Assembly: GCA_017608525.1 (NCBI GenBank)
Contig: JAFCFS010000001.1
Span: 1,934 to 65,933, forward strand
Direction: 5' to 3'
DNA: 64,000 nt
Source: Candidatus Woesearchaeota archaeon
GTDB lineage: Archaea > Nanobdellota > Nanobdellia > SCGC-AAA011-G17 > GW2011-AR17
A program made the translations under genes and the position numbers. The notes beneath the pieces are model-generated. The model made no database searches. It was given only the letters and a program-made list of their open reading frames with translations, and was not told the origin of the DNA. Below are positions 47,305 through 55,441 of the stretch, one piece after another (within the stretch, counting starts at the first letter, position 1; each line of letters starts with the position of its first letter).

Positions 47305-48444
47305 CTAAGTTGATTTGTTTATATAATTTTCCAAGATTTTCAACATCTGCACTCCATAGATTTTACCAATTTTTCCATTTCTGCAAGCTTTTTCTGAAAA
47401 TATTTTAACTTTGTCTTTAAAACCACCATACATCACTATTGGAACAGGATTTTTTGAGTGCGCCATATACTTGCAGGGTGTTGAATGATCTGCGGTTACA
47501 CAAATAAAAGCGTCTAATTTTAGTAATCTTGATATAAATTCTTCGTCAATCTTTTCTATTGCTGATTTCTTTCCTAATGGATCGCCTGCATGTCCAAATG
47601 TATCCGGCCCTTTAATTTGGAGGTAAAAGTTATCAAATTTCTTAAAATTATTTTTTATCGTATAAAATGTCTTTTTCAAATTTTTGCTCTTCTCCAAAAT
47701 TTTCATTCCAGTTAGTTTTCCTATTGCCTTTTCTACTGGCATATCAGCAAGGAGAGCCCATTTTCCAGGCAGTTTCTTCAATTTAGGAAGCCTATTACCT
47801 GCACCGCGAAGTATTATCGTTTTATTTTTTAATATTCTTTTTGCCCTATAAACAAAATCGTTAATGAGTTTTGCTGTTTCTTTAGCAGCACTTTCCAATG
47901 GCCTGCATTTTCTTTCTTTTAATCGTCTTCCAGCAATTCTTTTTGCTGATGTGACAAAATTTTTGACTATTTTATATCCTGGATGTGTATTTGTCACTCT
48001 TGGCGATGATTTTGTTGAGAGAAGCATAACAGCTCTATAGCCGATAGTTGGAATTATTTTAATTTTTTCTGTAGACAAAAGTTTTGAAAATTTTCGTGTT
48101 TCTTTTTCACTAGCACCCTGAATCTTTGTTATATAACCATTTTTTATTTCTGAGAAATTGCATCTTATTGCTATTTTCCCCCTGAAATCTATCCCACTAC
48201 CATACGCCTCAAGTGGCCCCCTCCCTGTATAATATTTAAAAGGATCGAAACCTAGTAAAGCGAGCATTGCCTGATCAGATTCAGGAGCAATCTCTTTATT
48301 TATTGGCCACATTATTCCGTTTATCCCATTTTCAGTCAAAAAATCTAAATTTGGAGTATTTGCTGCTTCTAGTGGTGTTTTTCCTTTTAACGTCTTGCAT
48401 GGAAGCCCAGAAGCACCATCCAAAATAACAATAATTTTTTTCAT
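47305..48444 (-). CDS. apgM: 2,3-bisphosphoglycerate-independent phosphoglycerate mutase, archaeal type (ApgM)
   Basis: N-terminal KKIIVILDGASGLP...GKTPLEAANTPNLD and the metalloenzyme-superfamily layout (about 380 aa) typical of archaeal iPGM. Confidence 0.75.
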   Translation of the reverse strand: MKKIIVILDGASGLPCKTLKGKTPLEAANTPNLDFLTENGINGIMWPINKEIAPESDQAMLALLGFDPFKYYTGRGPLEAYGSGIDFRGKIAIRCNFSEIKNGYITKIQGASEKETRKFSKLLSTEKIKIIPTIGYRAVMLLSTKSSPRVTNTHPGYKIVKNFVTSAKRIAGRRLKERKCRPLESAAKETAKLINDFVYRAKRILKNKTIILRGAGNRLPKLKKLPGKWALLADMPVEKAIGKLTGMKILEKSKNLKKTFYTIKNNFKKFDNFYLQIKGPDTFGHAGDPLGKKSAIEKIDEEFISRLLKLDAFICVTADHSTPCKYMAHSKNPVPIVMYGGFKDKVKIFSEKACRNGKIGKIYGVQMLKILENYINKST

Positions 48445-48483
48445 AAGGTTAAAAAAATATTGCTAACTTAAAATATTTTTGGA

Positions 48484-49443
48484 ATGAAAATAAAACAAAT
48501 ATATGACGATTTTATAGTGAAAGAAGTATCGGAAATAAATTTAGGTAGAGGAAATTATGCATATTTTATTTTAGAAAAATGGGGAATAGGAACACCAGAA
48601 GCAATAGGACTAATCGCTAAAAAAGCAAATGTAGAAAAAAAATTTATTAATTTCGCAGGGCTCAAGGATAAAAATGCACATACTTTTCAATATATTTCTT
48701 GTCCGAAATTTTTGAAAGCAAAACTTGAAAAATTAAAATTTAACAGAATTAAACTTAAATTTCTTGGTTATGGTAAAAAAAGAATTGGTATTGGAGATTT
48801 GAAAGCAAATGAATTCGTCATTACTATTAGGGATTTAGAAAAACCTATTGAAAAAAAAGTTGAACAAATACCAAATTATTTTGATGAACAAAGATTTGGC
48901 ACCGAAAGAAAAAATCATATAATTGGGAAGTTAATAATAAAAAAGGAATTTGAAAAAGTTTGTGAATTATTGAATCTGAAGGTTGAAGAAAAAGATTACA
49001 TTAATTCGTTGAGAAAAATCGGGATAAGAAATTTAAGATTTTATATCAGCGCCTATCAAAGTTATTTATTCAATAAACTTCTTTCAAATATTTTAAAAAG
49101 AAGAAAACATATAAGGGTGAAATATTCTTTGGGCAACTTTATTTTTCCTTTAAGAAAATTGAAGAACAAAAAAATAGATATCCCGGGATTTTTACATTAC
49201 AAAGGATATAAGTTGATTTTAAAGAAAGAGAAAATAAGACCTAAAGATTTTATAATTAATGAAATTCCTGAATTAAGTTCCGAGGGTGACAAAAGGGATA
49301 TGCTGGTTAAAGTTAAAAATTTCAAAATTCTCGGGTACAGTAAAGATGAATTAAATAAAGGAAAATTTAAAGAGAAAATTAGTTTTTTATTGCCAAAGGG
49401 AAGCTATGGTACTTTAGTTTTAAAATTTTTAGCAAGTAGTTAA
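48484..49443 (+). CDS. truD: tRNA pseudouridine synthase TruD/Pus7-family
   Basis: FIVKEV...GLKDKNAHTFQ (GxKDxxAxTxQ with catalytic Asp) and NYFDEQRFG. Confidence 0.7.
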   Translation: MKIKQIYDDFIVKEVSEINLGRGNYAYFILEKWGIGTPEAIGLIAKKANVEKKFINFAGLKDKNAHTFQYISCPKFLKAKLEKLKFNRIKLKFLGYGKKRIGIGDLKANEFVITIRDLEKPIEKKVEQIPNYFDEQRFGTERKNHIIGKLIIKKEFEKVCELLNLKVEEKDYINSLRKIGIRNLRFYISAYQSYLFNKLLSNILKRRKHIRVKYSLGNFIFPLRKLKNKKIDIPGFLHYKGYKLILKKEKIRPKDFIINEIPELSSEGDKRDMLVKVKNFKILGYSKDELNKGKFKEKISFLLPKGSYGTLVLKFLASS

Positions 49444-49720
49444 TTGTTAGTTTTTATATTTTGAATGTTATAGAAATATTTTTTAATCTGAGTCTATTAA
49501 CATACCTTTTTAAACGATACAAAAATCAAATTCTGTAAACTTATTATGAAGCAAGTGCAACAAACTCTAAATTGCTTAACTTACTAATACTTGAAGCAAA
49601 GCCGTAATTTGAGAAGTTTTTATTGCAAGTTTTAAAAGCAGTCAATTAATATTGTTTTTACTATAAAGTGATTAAAAAACCGAAAAATTTAAATACTTAT
49701 TTTTAGTGTTATTACTTAAA

Positions 49721-49727
49721 GGAGGTG
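49721..49727 (+). promoter_or_regulatory. Shine-Dalgarno-like RBS (GGAGGTG) upstream of ATG 49732
   Basis: Seen directly in the sequence. Confidence 0.45.
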
Positions 49728-49731
49728 AAAA

Positions 49732-50220
49732 ATGAAAGGTAAACCCAAAATCGAAAAACCCCTAGAAGATAGAATAAAAGAAGCTGAAAAGTTCATAGGG
49801 GTTGAGATAGGAAAAAAATATAACACAAATTTTGCCTCTTGGGGTTTCTATTGGAGCTACCAAATTAGAGATATAATTTATAAAAAAATTGGTGAATATA
49901 AGGTTGTAGCTCTTCATGTAGAAAGACACGAAAGTGCACTTGAAAATGCAAATAGGGGAGTAGAATGGGAGTACCGTACAGAATTAATAGTATCGGATAA
50001 TAAAAAAACAATTAAAAAAACAGCTTATAAAGAAGTTGTAAGAGATGCGTACTCAGATTATTACGACAAACCTCACTTATGGGATTACACAAAAATAGGT
50101 TTGGTAAATAAGGGCGGTAAAAAAATTAAAGTTTACTGGAAAAATTCAAAAGGAGAAAAATACAAAGGAAGCGAAAAAGAATACAATCTAGAGGAGCTTT
50201 TCAATAGCTCTAAAAAATAA
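49732..50220 (+). CDS. hypothetical protein
   Basis: 162-aa Lys/Tyr/Trp-rich ORF with a strong RBS. Preceded by an unusually long (~290 nt) non-coding spacer. Confidence 0.4.
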   Translation: MKGKPKIEKPLEDRIKEAEKFIGVEIGKKYNTNFASWGFYWSYQIRDIIYKKIGEYKVVALHVERHESALENANRGVEWEYRTELIVSDNKKTIKKTAYKEVVRDAYSDYYDKPHLWDYTKIGLVNKGGKKIKVYWKNSKGEKYKGSEKEYNLEELFNSSKK

Positions 50221-50321
50221 AGATGGGCAGCTAAAATTGAAAAAAGCTTTAATTTTCCTTTTCTTTTTAATTGAATTGAGCGAAAAAATTAAAAATAAAT
50301 TTGAAATATCTCTATTCAAGT

Positions 50322-50452
50322 GGGCCCGTAGCTTAGCCTGGTGGAGCATCGGTCTTATATGGCACCATCGGCAACAGCCTAAGAGAGCCGAGGGTCAAGG
50401 GAAGACTCCAGCTCTTGCTGAAGTCTCTTGAATTCAAATCCCTTCGGGCCCA
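50322..50452 (+). tRNA. candidate tRNA-Ile(TAT) carrying two introns (26-nt at 37/38 and ~31-nt in the T-arm at 53/54)
   Basis: Exons assemble to a 74-nt cloverleaf: GGGCCCG-TA-GCTT-AGCCTGGTG-GAGC-A-TCGGT-CTTATA[intron]A-GCCGA-GGGTC-AAGGG[intron]TTCAAAT-CCCTT-CGGGCCC-A. Loop CTTA pairs with intron TAAG (BHB-like). The T-arm intron carries its own hairpin (GACTCCAGC/GCTGAAGTC). Confidence 0.5.
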
Positions 50453-51862
50453 CTATTTTTTAATTTTTTCAACATATTCTTCTATCTTCAACAATTTTGG
50501 TTTTTTGGCCTTCGCTCTTATAAATAAAATTACTAAGAAAACAACTAGTAGGATAATTACCACTACAATTGTTCTTAATATTTTTTTCTTTTTTTCCTCT
50601 CTTAATTCTTCTTTTGGTGTTTTGGTTTCTGTATAATTCACAATAACTACCTCCTTTTCCTTAGAAATATTTAATTCAACCAATTCTGTTTTATTTTTAA
50701 CTTCTTCTGCAACGTTAGTGAAAAGAAAAGACATTGGAAATTCTATCCTTCCTTCTTTACTGGAAACAATCAGATTTCCATAGTATAGTTTTCCAGGAAT
50801 TGCGTTCTTATCTTCGTTAACTACAATATTGAGGCTAGTTGTTTCGTAAGGTTGCAGTACATTGATTGTTTTTTTGTCTATTTTTACAATTTCATTAAGA
50901 TTACCATCTAACTTAATAGAAATCTGGTTTATTGGGTATTCTCCATCGTTTTTGAATTTAATTTCGCCAATGAAAATTTTGTTAACTGGAGCTCTTTTAC
51001 TTAATGATTTATTTTTCATCAAAAATTTAAGTTTAAATTCTTTCTCAACTATTTCGCAAGGTCCACAAACTCCACCACAATCAACACCCTCTTCACCCTC
51101 ATCCTTTACACCATTATTACAACAATCGTCAATTGCTTCGCATGGTCCACCACAATCAACACCTCTCTCACCTTGGTTTTTAATTCCATCGTTGCATGTT
51201 GGAGCTTCTTTCTCCTCTTTTTTAATGATTACTGGAATTTCGTAAAATTTGTTTCCGTAATTTAAAATGACACTCGTTTCTTTTACAGTTATATTTTTTA
51301 CATCAACTGAGAAATATACATTTAGTGAAGAAAGTGGTTCTATTATTAAACTCTCTCTAAATGGCCTAATTGCATCCTCGTTTGATTTTGGTTTTACTTC
51401 GGTTTTGTTGAGGCCCTTATTGCTTAATTTTATGGCGAAAGTTTTCGTGTCTTCCGTTACAAATACAATTGAAGGTTTTATACACAAGTATGGTTCCTCA
51501 TTTTTTATTGTAAAATTTTTATAAAAAGAAAATGTCTTTAGCGTTGCATTTATTCTTTTTTTATAAGAGATCACAATACTACAATCGCTCTCCTCAAGCT
51601 CTGGTAATTCAAAAGATAAAAAATACGTGTTATTCTTTAGATGAAAAATTAAAAGACCAATATCTATTTTTGTTTCGTTACAAATCAATTTTACATTCTC
51701 TGGTGTAAGTAAAATTTCTGAATAAACCCAAAATTGAACACTTTCGTATTCTGAATAAGTATCTCTTTCTATTTTAATTGTGTCTTCACCATAAACGAAA
51801 GGAAAGAGAAAAACAAACAACAAAAATATACAAAATAATTTACTTTCTTTGAAAAATTTCAT
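50453..51862 (-). CDS. secreted/surface protein with Cys-rich modules and C-terminal TM anchor
   Basis: N-terminal signal (LFCIFLLFVFLFPFVYG), a C-terminal TM (ILRTIVVVIILLVVFLVILFI), and an internal module PTCNDGIKNQGERGVDCGGPCEAIDDCCNNGVKDEGEEGVDCGGVCGPCE shared with the next gene. Confidence 0.5.
   Translation of the reverse strand: MKFFKESKLFCIFLLFVFLFPFVYGEDTIKIERDTYSEYESVQFWVYSEILLTPENVKLICNETKIDIGLLIFHLKNNTYFLSFELPELEESDCSIVISYKKRINATLKTFSFYKNFTIKNEEPYLCIKPSIVFVTEDTKTFAIKLSNKGLNKTEVKPKSNEDAIRPFRESLIIEPLSSLNVYFSVDVKNITVKETSVILNYGNKFYEIPVIIKKEEKEAPTCNDGIKNQGERGVDCGGPCEAIDDCCNNGVKDEGEEGVDCGGVCGPCEIVEKEFKLKFLMKNKSLSKRAPVNKIFIGEIKFKNDGEYPINQISIKLDGNLNEIVKIDKKTINVLQPYETTSLNIVVNEDKNAIPGKLYYGNLIVSSKEGRIEFPMSFLFTNVAEEVKNKTELVELNISKEKEVVIVNYTETKTPKEELREEKKKKILRTIVVVIILLVVFLVILFIRAKAKKPKLLKIEEYVEKIKK
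51053..51204. repeat. 152-bp direct repeat copy A (97% identical to 52393-52544)
   Basis: Aligned by eye, with 4 mismatches. Encodes the shared 50-aa Cys-rich module in the two adjacent paralogous surface-protein genes. Confidence 0.85.
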
Positions 51863-53679
51863 ATTCTAAATTTATATTCTGGTTTTTCTGGCAGTGATTC
51901 GAATATTCCTTTTGGTCCTCCTTCTTCTTTCTTACCTTTTTTTGGAGGTGTTAAGAATTTTTTATAGAATATGAAGCCAATTATTAGGAGCAAAACAATC
52001 ACAACTCCTATAATTGCCCAATAGTTAATTCCACCCTCCTCCTCGACTTCAGGAGGTGTAGGTGCGGGAGTTTCAGGAGCCTCTCTAGCTCTTTTTTCTT
52101 CCTCACAATCTTCAGGACATGTATCTTCATCTTCCGTATCATCGCAAACACCATCTCCACAATAACAATCTGCTGGACAATTTTCGCTATTCTCACCTTC
52201 ATCAACTTCGCACACATCATTTTCTAAGCATACACATGGATTAACACATGGTCCACCACAATCAACACCTTCTTCAAATCCGTTTTGAATTCCGTCATGG
52301 CATGTGTCCTCACAATCGCTCGGGCAATTTATTACATTTTCACCTGCATCAATATCGCACTCCCCATCATTATCACAAACTTCCATTTCCTCTTCGCAAG
52401 GTCCACAAACTCCACCGCAATCAACACCCTCTTCACCCTCATCCTTTACACCATTATTACAACAATCGTCAATTGCTTCGCATGGTCCACCACAATCAAT
52501 TCCTCTTTCACCTTGGTTTTTAATTCCATCGTTGCATGTTGGAGTATGCGGAACCTCTATTGTTGTGATTAATGCATCTGGAAATGCAGCGTACAAAACA
52601 AGAGCAGTACTTTTAACATCTTCACCCCAGCTACCATCAGCTCTTTGGTGATTTTCTAACCATGTTATTCCATTTGTAACTTCATCAGCATAGTCTGGAT
52701 TTTCTTTTAATGCAAGAATAGCAAATGCTGTATCTAAAGGATTTTTATTCCAGCTTCCATCAGGTTTTTGCAACTTTTTTAAATTTTTTAAATATTCCTC
52801 ATCGTTTGTTAAAAGGTATAAAATAGAGTTATCCAAAACTCTACTTTCATCATAGTTTTCTTTGAGATAGAGGTTTACATTAGATTCACTGTTTAATTCT
52901 TTAAGAGCCCATCCACCATATAAACTTGCTTCAACATTGCAAGACTTACGAAATCTCATACCAAAACAACCGTTGTTTATTCTTAATATTGCAGAAGTTC
53001 CCCTCACGCTTTCTAAAAGGTAATAAGTATTGCCTTCCTTGTACAATAAGGTTATTATCGCATCAGGTAAATCGCAGTCAATTTCTATTACTAAAGAAGG
53101 ATTTCTATCAACAAGATTCGTTCTTTGTAAATGTCTATTCAAATTCAGGAATGTTGTGTTCCCGTGATCTGGAAAATAACCCTTATTCACTTTTATCTCC
53201 ACATCTCTTATTATCTCATTTAATGTATAAGAAATCGTACATTTTCCCTCACCAGAGGTTGAAATCTGCAATAACCAATCACCAACCTTTAATCCTGCAG
53301 ACTGGGACTGAACCAACCAATTTTCGATTTCGCTTATGTTTTCATAACCCATCAAATTAAGTGCAATTGCTACCATTGCTGTATCTTTCACATTACATCG
53401 CTGAGGCCAACAATTAAGCTTTTCATTCCTTTTGGACATCAACCAATCGTAAATATCTCCTGCTGTAACTGTGTCGCCGTATGTATTAAATGTTAATAAA
53501 GCTAAAGCGGTGTCAAAAACATTGCCGTATGCTTTTTCACTATCATAGGTTTTAACTAACCAGTCATATGCTCTTTGTTCACTAAAATTCGCAACTGCAT
53601 GAACACTAGGAATTAACAGGAACGAAACAAGAAATACAAAAAATAGAACCTTTTCTCTCATAAAAATTCCTAATATCAA
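51859..53679 (-). CDS. secreted/surface protein with prenyltransferase/squalene-oxidase-like alpha/alpha-toroid repeats, Cys-rich repeat modules and C-terminal TM anchor
   Basis: Signal peptide; repeats KPDGSWNKNPLDTAFAILAL and RADGSWGEDVKSTALVLYAA (QxxDGSWG-type); tandem Cys-rich modules (CNDGIQNGFEEGVDCGGPC, CGDGVCDDTEDEDTCPEDC); a Pro/Glu linker; C-terminal TM YWAIIGVVIVLLLIIGFIFY. Confidence 0.5.
   Translation of the reverse strand: MILGIFMREKVLFFVFLVSFLLIPSVHAVANFSEQRAYDWLVKTYDSEKAYGNVFDTALALLTFNTYGDTVTAGDIYDWLMSKRNEKLNCWPQRCNVKDTAMVAIALNLMGYENISEIENWLVQSQSAGLKVGDWLLQISTSGEGKCTISYTLNEIIRDVEIKVNKGYFPDHGNTTFLNLNRHLQRTNLVDRNPSLVIEIDCDLPDAIITLLYKEGNTYYLLESVRGTSAILRINNGCFGMRFRKSCNVEASLYGGWALKELNSESNVNLYLKENYDESRVLDNSILYLLTNDEEYLKNLKKLQKPDGSWNKNPLDTAFAILALKENPDYADEVTNGITWLENHQRADGSWGEDVKSTALVLYAAFPDALITTIEVPHTPTCNDGIKNQGERGIDCGGPCEAIDDCCNNGVKDEGEEGVDCGGVCGPCEEEMEVCDNDGECDIDAGENVINCPSDCEDTCHDGIQNGFEEGVDCGGPCVNPCVCLENDVCEVDEGENSENCPADCYCGDGVCDDTEDEDTCPEDCEEEKRAREAPETPAPTPPEVEEEGGINYWAIIGVVIVLLLIIGFIFYKKFLTPPKKGKKEEGGPKGIFESLPEKPEYKFRI
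52393..52544. repeat. 152-bp direct repeat copy B
   Basis: See copy A; same reading frame on the minus strand. Confidence 0.85.
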
Positions 53680-53713
53680 TTACTTTAAAAACTTTTCTGT
53701 ATTAAAAATTTAC

Positions 53714-54322
53714 ATGAAAATTTCAATACCAAATGTGAAAGATTTAAAGTTTTTGGCCAAAGGAAAAAGGGCTGTTGTTTATAAAGGATTTCTAAATGGG
53801 ATTCCTGTTGTAGTTAAAAAAGAAAAACCTGATATAAAGGCAAAAGGAAGAATTAAAAATGAAGCAAGATGGCTCAAAATTCTCAACAAATACCAAATTG
53901 GTCCAAGATTGTATTTTTCTGGTAAGGATTATGTTGTTTGTCAATTTATAGAAGGTGATACAATATTAAGATGGATACCCAAAAGCAAAAAATCAGAAAT
54001 CAAAAAAATCATAATAGAGGTTTTGGAGCAATGCAGGATACTAGATCAGCTTGGTATTAATAAAAAAGAACTTCACAGGCCATTAAAGCACATAATTATA
54101 AAAAAACATCCAGTAATGATAGATTTTGAAAGAACATACAGAACAAAGAGGCCAAAAAATGTTACACAATTCTGTCAATTCATTTTTTCTATTTCAAACA
54201 TACTAAAGGAAAAGGGAATCAAAATAGATAAAGAAAAATTAAAAAAATTATTGATTAATTATAAAAAAAGAATGCGTGAAAAAGACTTCATTAAAATAAT
54301 TTCTTTCTTTAAAAAAATTTGA
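53714..54322 (+). CDS. Bud32/RIO-like small protein-kinase-fold protein, probable pseudokinase
   Basis: Gly-rich loop AKGKRAVVYKG, VVVKK lysine, EARWLKIL, FIEGDTI. The catalytic-loop position reads LHRPLKHIII (no Asp where HGDL is expected) and IDFERT replaces IDFG. Confidence 0.45.
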   Translation: MKISIPNVKDLKFLAKGKRAVVYKGFLNGIPVVVKKEKPDIKAKGRIKNEARWLKILNKYQIGPRLYFSGKDYVVCQFIEGDTILRWIPKSKKSEIKKIIIEVLEQCRILDQLGINKKELHRPLKHIIIKKHPVMIDFERTYRTKRPKNVTQFCQFIFSISNILKEKGIKIDKEKLKKLLINYKKRMREKDFIKIISFFKKI

Positions 54323-54360
54323 TATAGGAAGATTTTTATAGGAATTTTCACTAATTCATT

Positions 54361-55440
54361 TTGATGAAAATTAGGAATCTACTTTTGATTATATTTGTAA
54401 TTTTCCTTTTTACTCTTGCATATGCACAAGAAAAAAAATATGTAGTTATAGAGTTCGAAAGCTTTGGAGGCAATAAGACGGTAACTATCAATTTAAAAGA
54501 AATATTTGGGAAGAGTTACTATTTTGTTCATAGCGAAACTGAGCATGTCGACATTAAAATCAATATTGGGGAGGGTACTGCAGTATTAAAGGCGAAAGAT
54601 CCTAGATGGAAAGGAAAAGAAAGGGTAGTTTTTGCAATAAATAAAAAGGCCCTCGAAGAGGCTCTTTTAATAGAGGGCCTAAAAAAACAACCTGAAAAGA
54701 AAGAAAAGAAGGTTGGGAAAGAAGAGGTTCCAAAGTTAAAAATCGATGTTGAAGATGTAATCCATGCACTGGAGCCGATCCTAAAAAAAAGCTTTATTGG
54801 GATACTGCATGACATACCGCTGGTTGATGCAAAAATATATGCTTATAAAACAAACGATTCATTAATTCTTGACCTAAACAGAGAAATAATCATGAATATA
54901 AGCTTTGCACAATTTGGTTACAAACCGACTATTAAATTAAACATAACTTTGAATAAAACGGGCTTGGCCCCCCCCAAATACGAGCCAAAAGATACTGAAA
55001 ATTATTATCTTGCAGTTGTTATCTTCCTTACAATTACAGTAATTGGATTTTATTTAAAATTTGGAGAAAATCTATTCCCAAAATTCAAAAGGAGAAAAAA
55101 AGAACTCAAGGAAGAGAAGTTGTTGGAGCATATTAAAATTCAGAAAGAGAATATAATCGGAAAGATAAAAGCTTTGAAAGGTGAAAAAAATATTGAAAGG
55201 GCATATAAAAGTGCTGTTAAATCAATGAACGATTTCTTAATAGAGTTTTTAAAGCTGAAAGATTTGACGAACAAAGCCGTAATTTCAACAATGAAAAAGA
55301 AAAAGTATCCGCAACAATTAATAGATGAGGTTAGGTCATATTTAAGAAAGTCCCAAAAGCTTTATAGCCCTGAAGGTGTAAATAAAAAAGATCTAGACGA
55401 ACTATTGGAAAAAATAGAAGACATAGTTAAAAAAATCTAA
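54361..55440 (+). CDS. membrane protein with N-terminal signal/TM, internal TM and coiled-coil C-terminus; unknown function
   Basis: Hydrophobic N-terminus (LLLIIFVIFLFTLAYA), a mid TM (YYLAVVIFLTITVIGFYL), and a Lys/Glu-rich helical tail. Confidence 0.4.
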   Translation: MMKIRNLLLIIFVIFLFTLAYAQEKKYVVIEFESFGGNKTVTINLKEIFGKSYYFVHSETEHVDIKINIGEGTAVLKAKDPRWKGKERVVFAINKKALEEALLIEGLKKQPEKKEKKVGKEEVPKLKIDVEDVIHALEPILKKSFIGILHDIPLVDAKIYAYKTNDSLILDLNREIIMNISFAQFGYKPTIKLNITLNKTGLAPPKYEPKDTENYYLAVVIFLTITVIGFYLKFGENLFPKFKRRKKELKEEKLLEHIKIQKENIIGKIKALKGEKNIERAYKSAVKSMNDFLIEFLKLKDLTNKAVISTMKKKKYPQQLIDEVRSYLRKSQKLYSPEGVNKKDLDELLEKIEDIVKKI

Positions 55441-55441
55441 A

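Noticed and set aside
50237-50636. Two plus-strand track ORFs (50237-50431, 50415-50636)
   Set aside because: Both overlap the intron-containing tRNA gene at 50322-50452 and the 3' end of the minus-strand surface-protein gene; no coding signal.
51053-52544. The 152-bp near-identical repeat pair considered as an insertion-sequence or MITE signature
   Set aside because: Both copies are in-frame coding segments of two paralogous genes (the same 50-aa Cys-rich module). No terminal inverted repeats, target duplications or transposase are present. It is better explained by gene conversion between paralogs.
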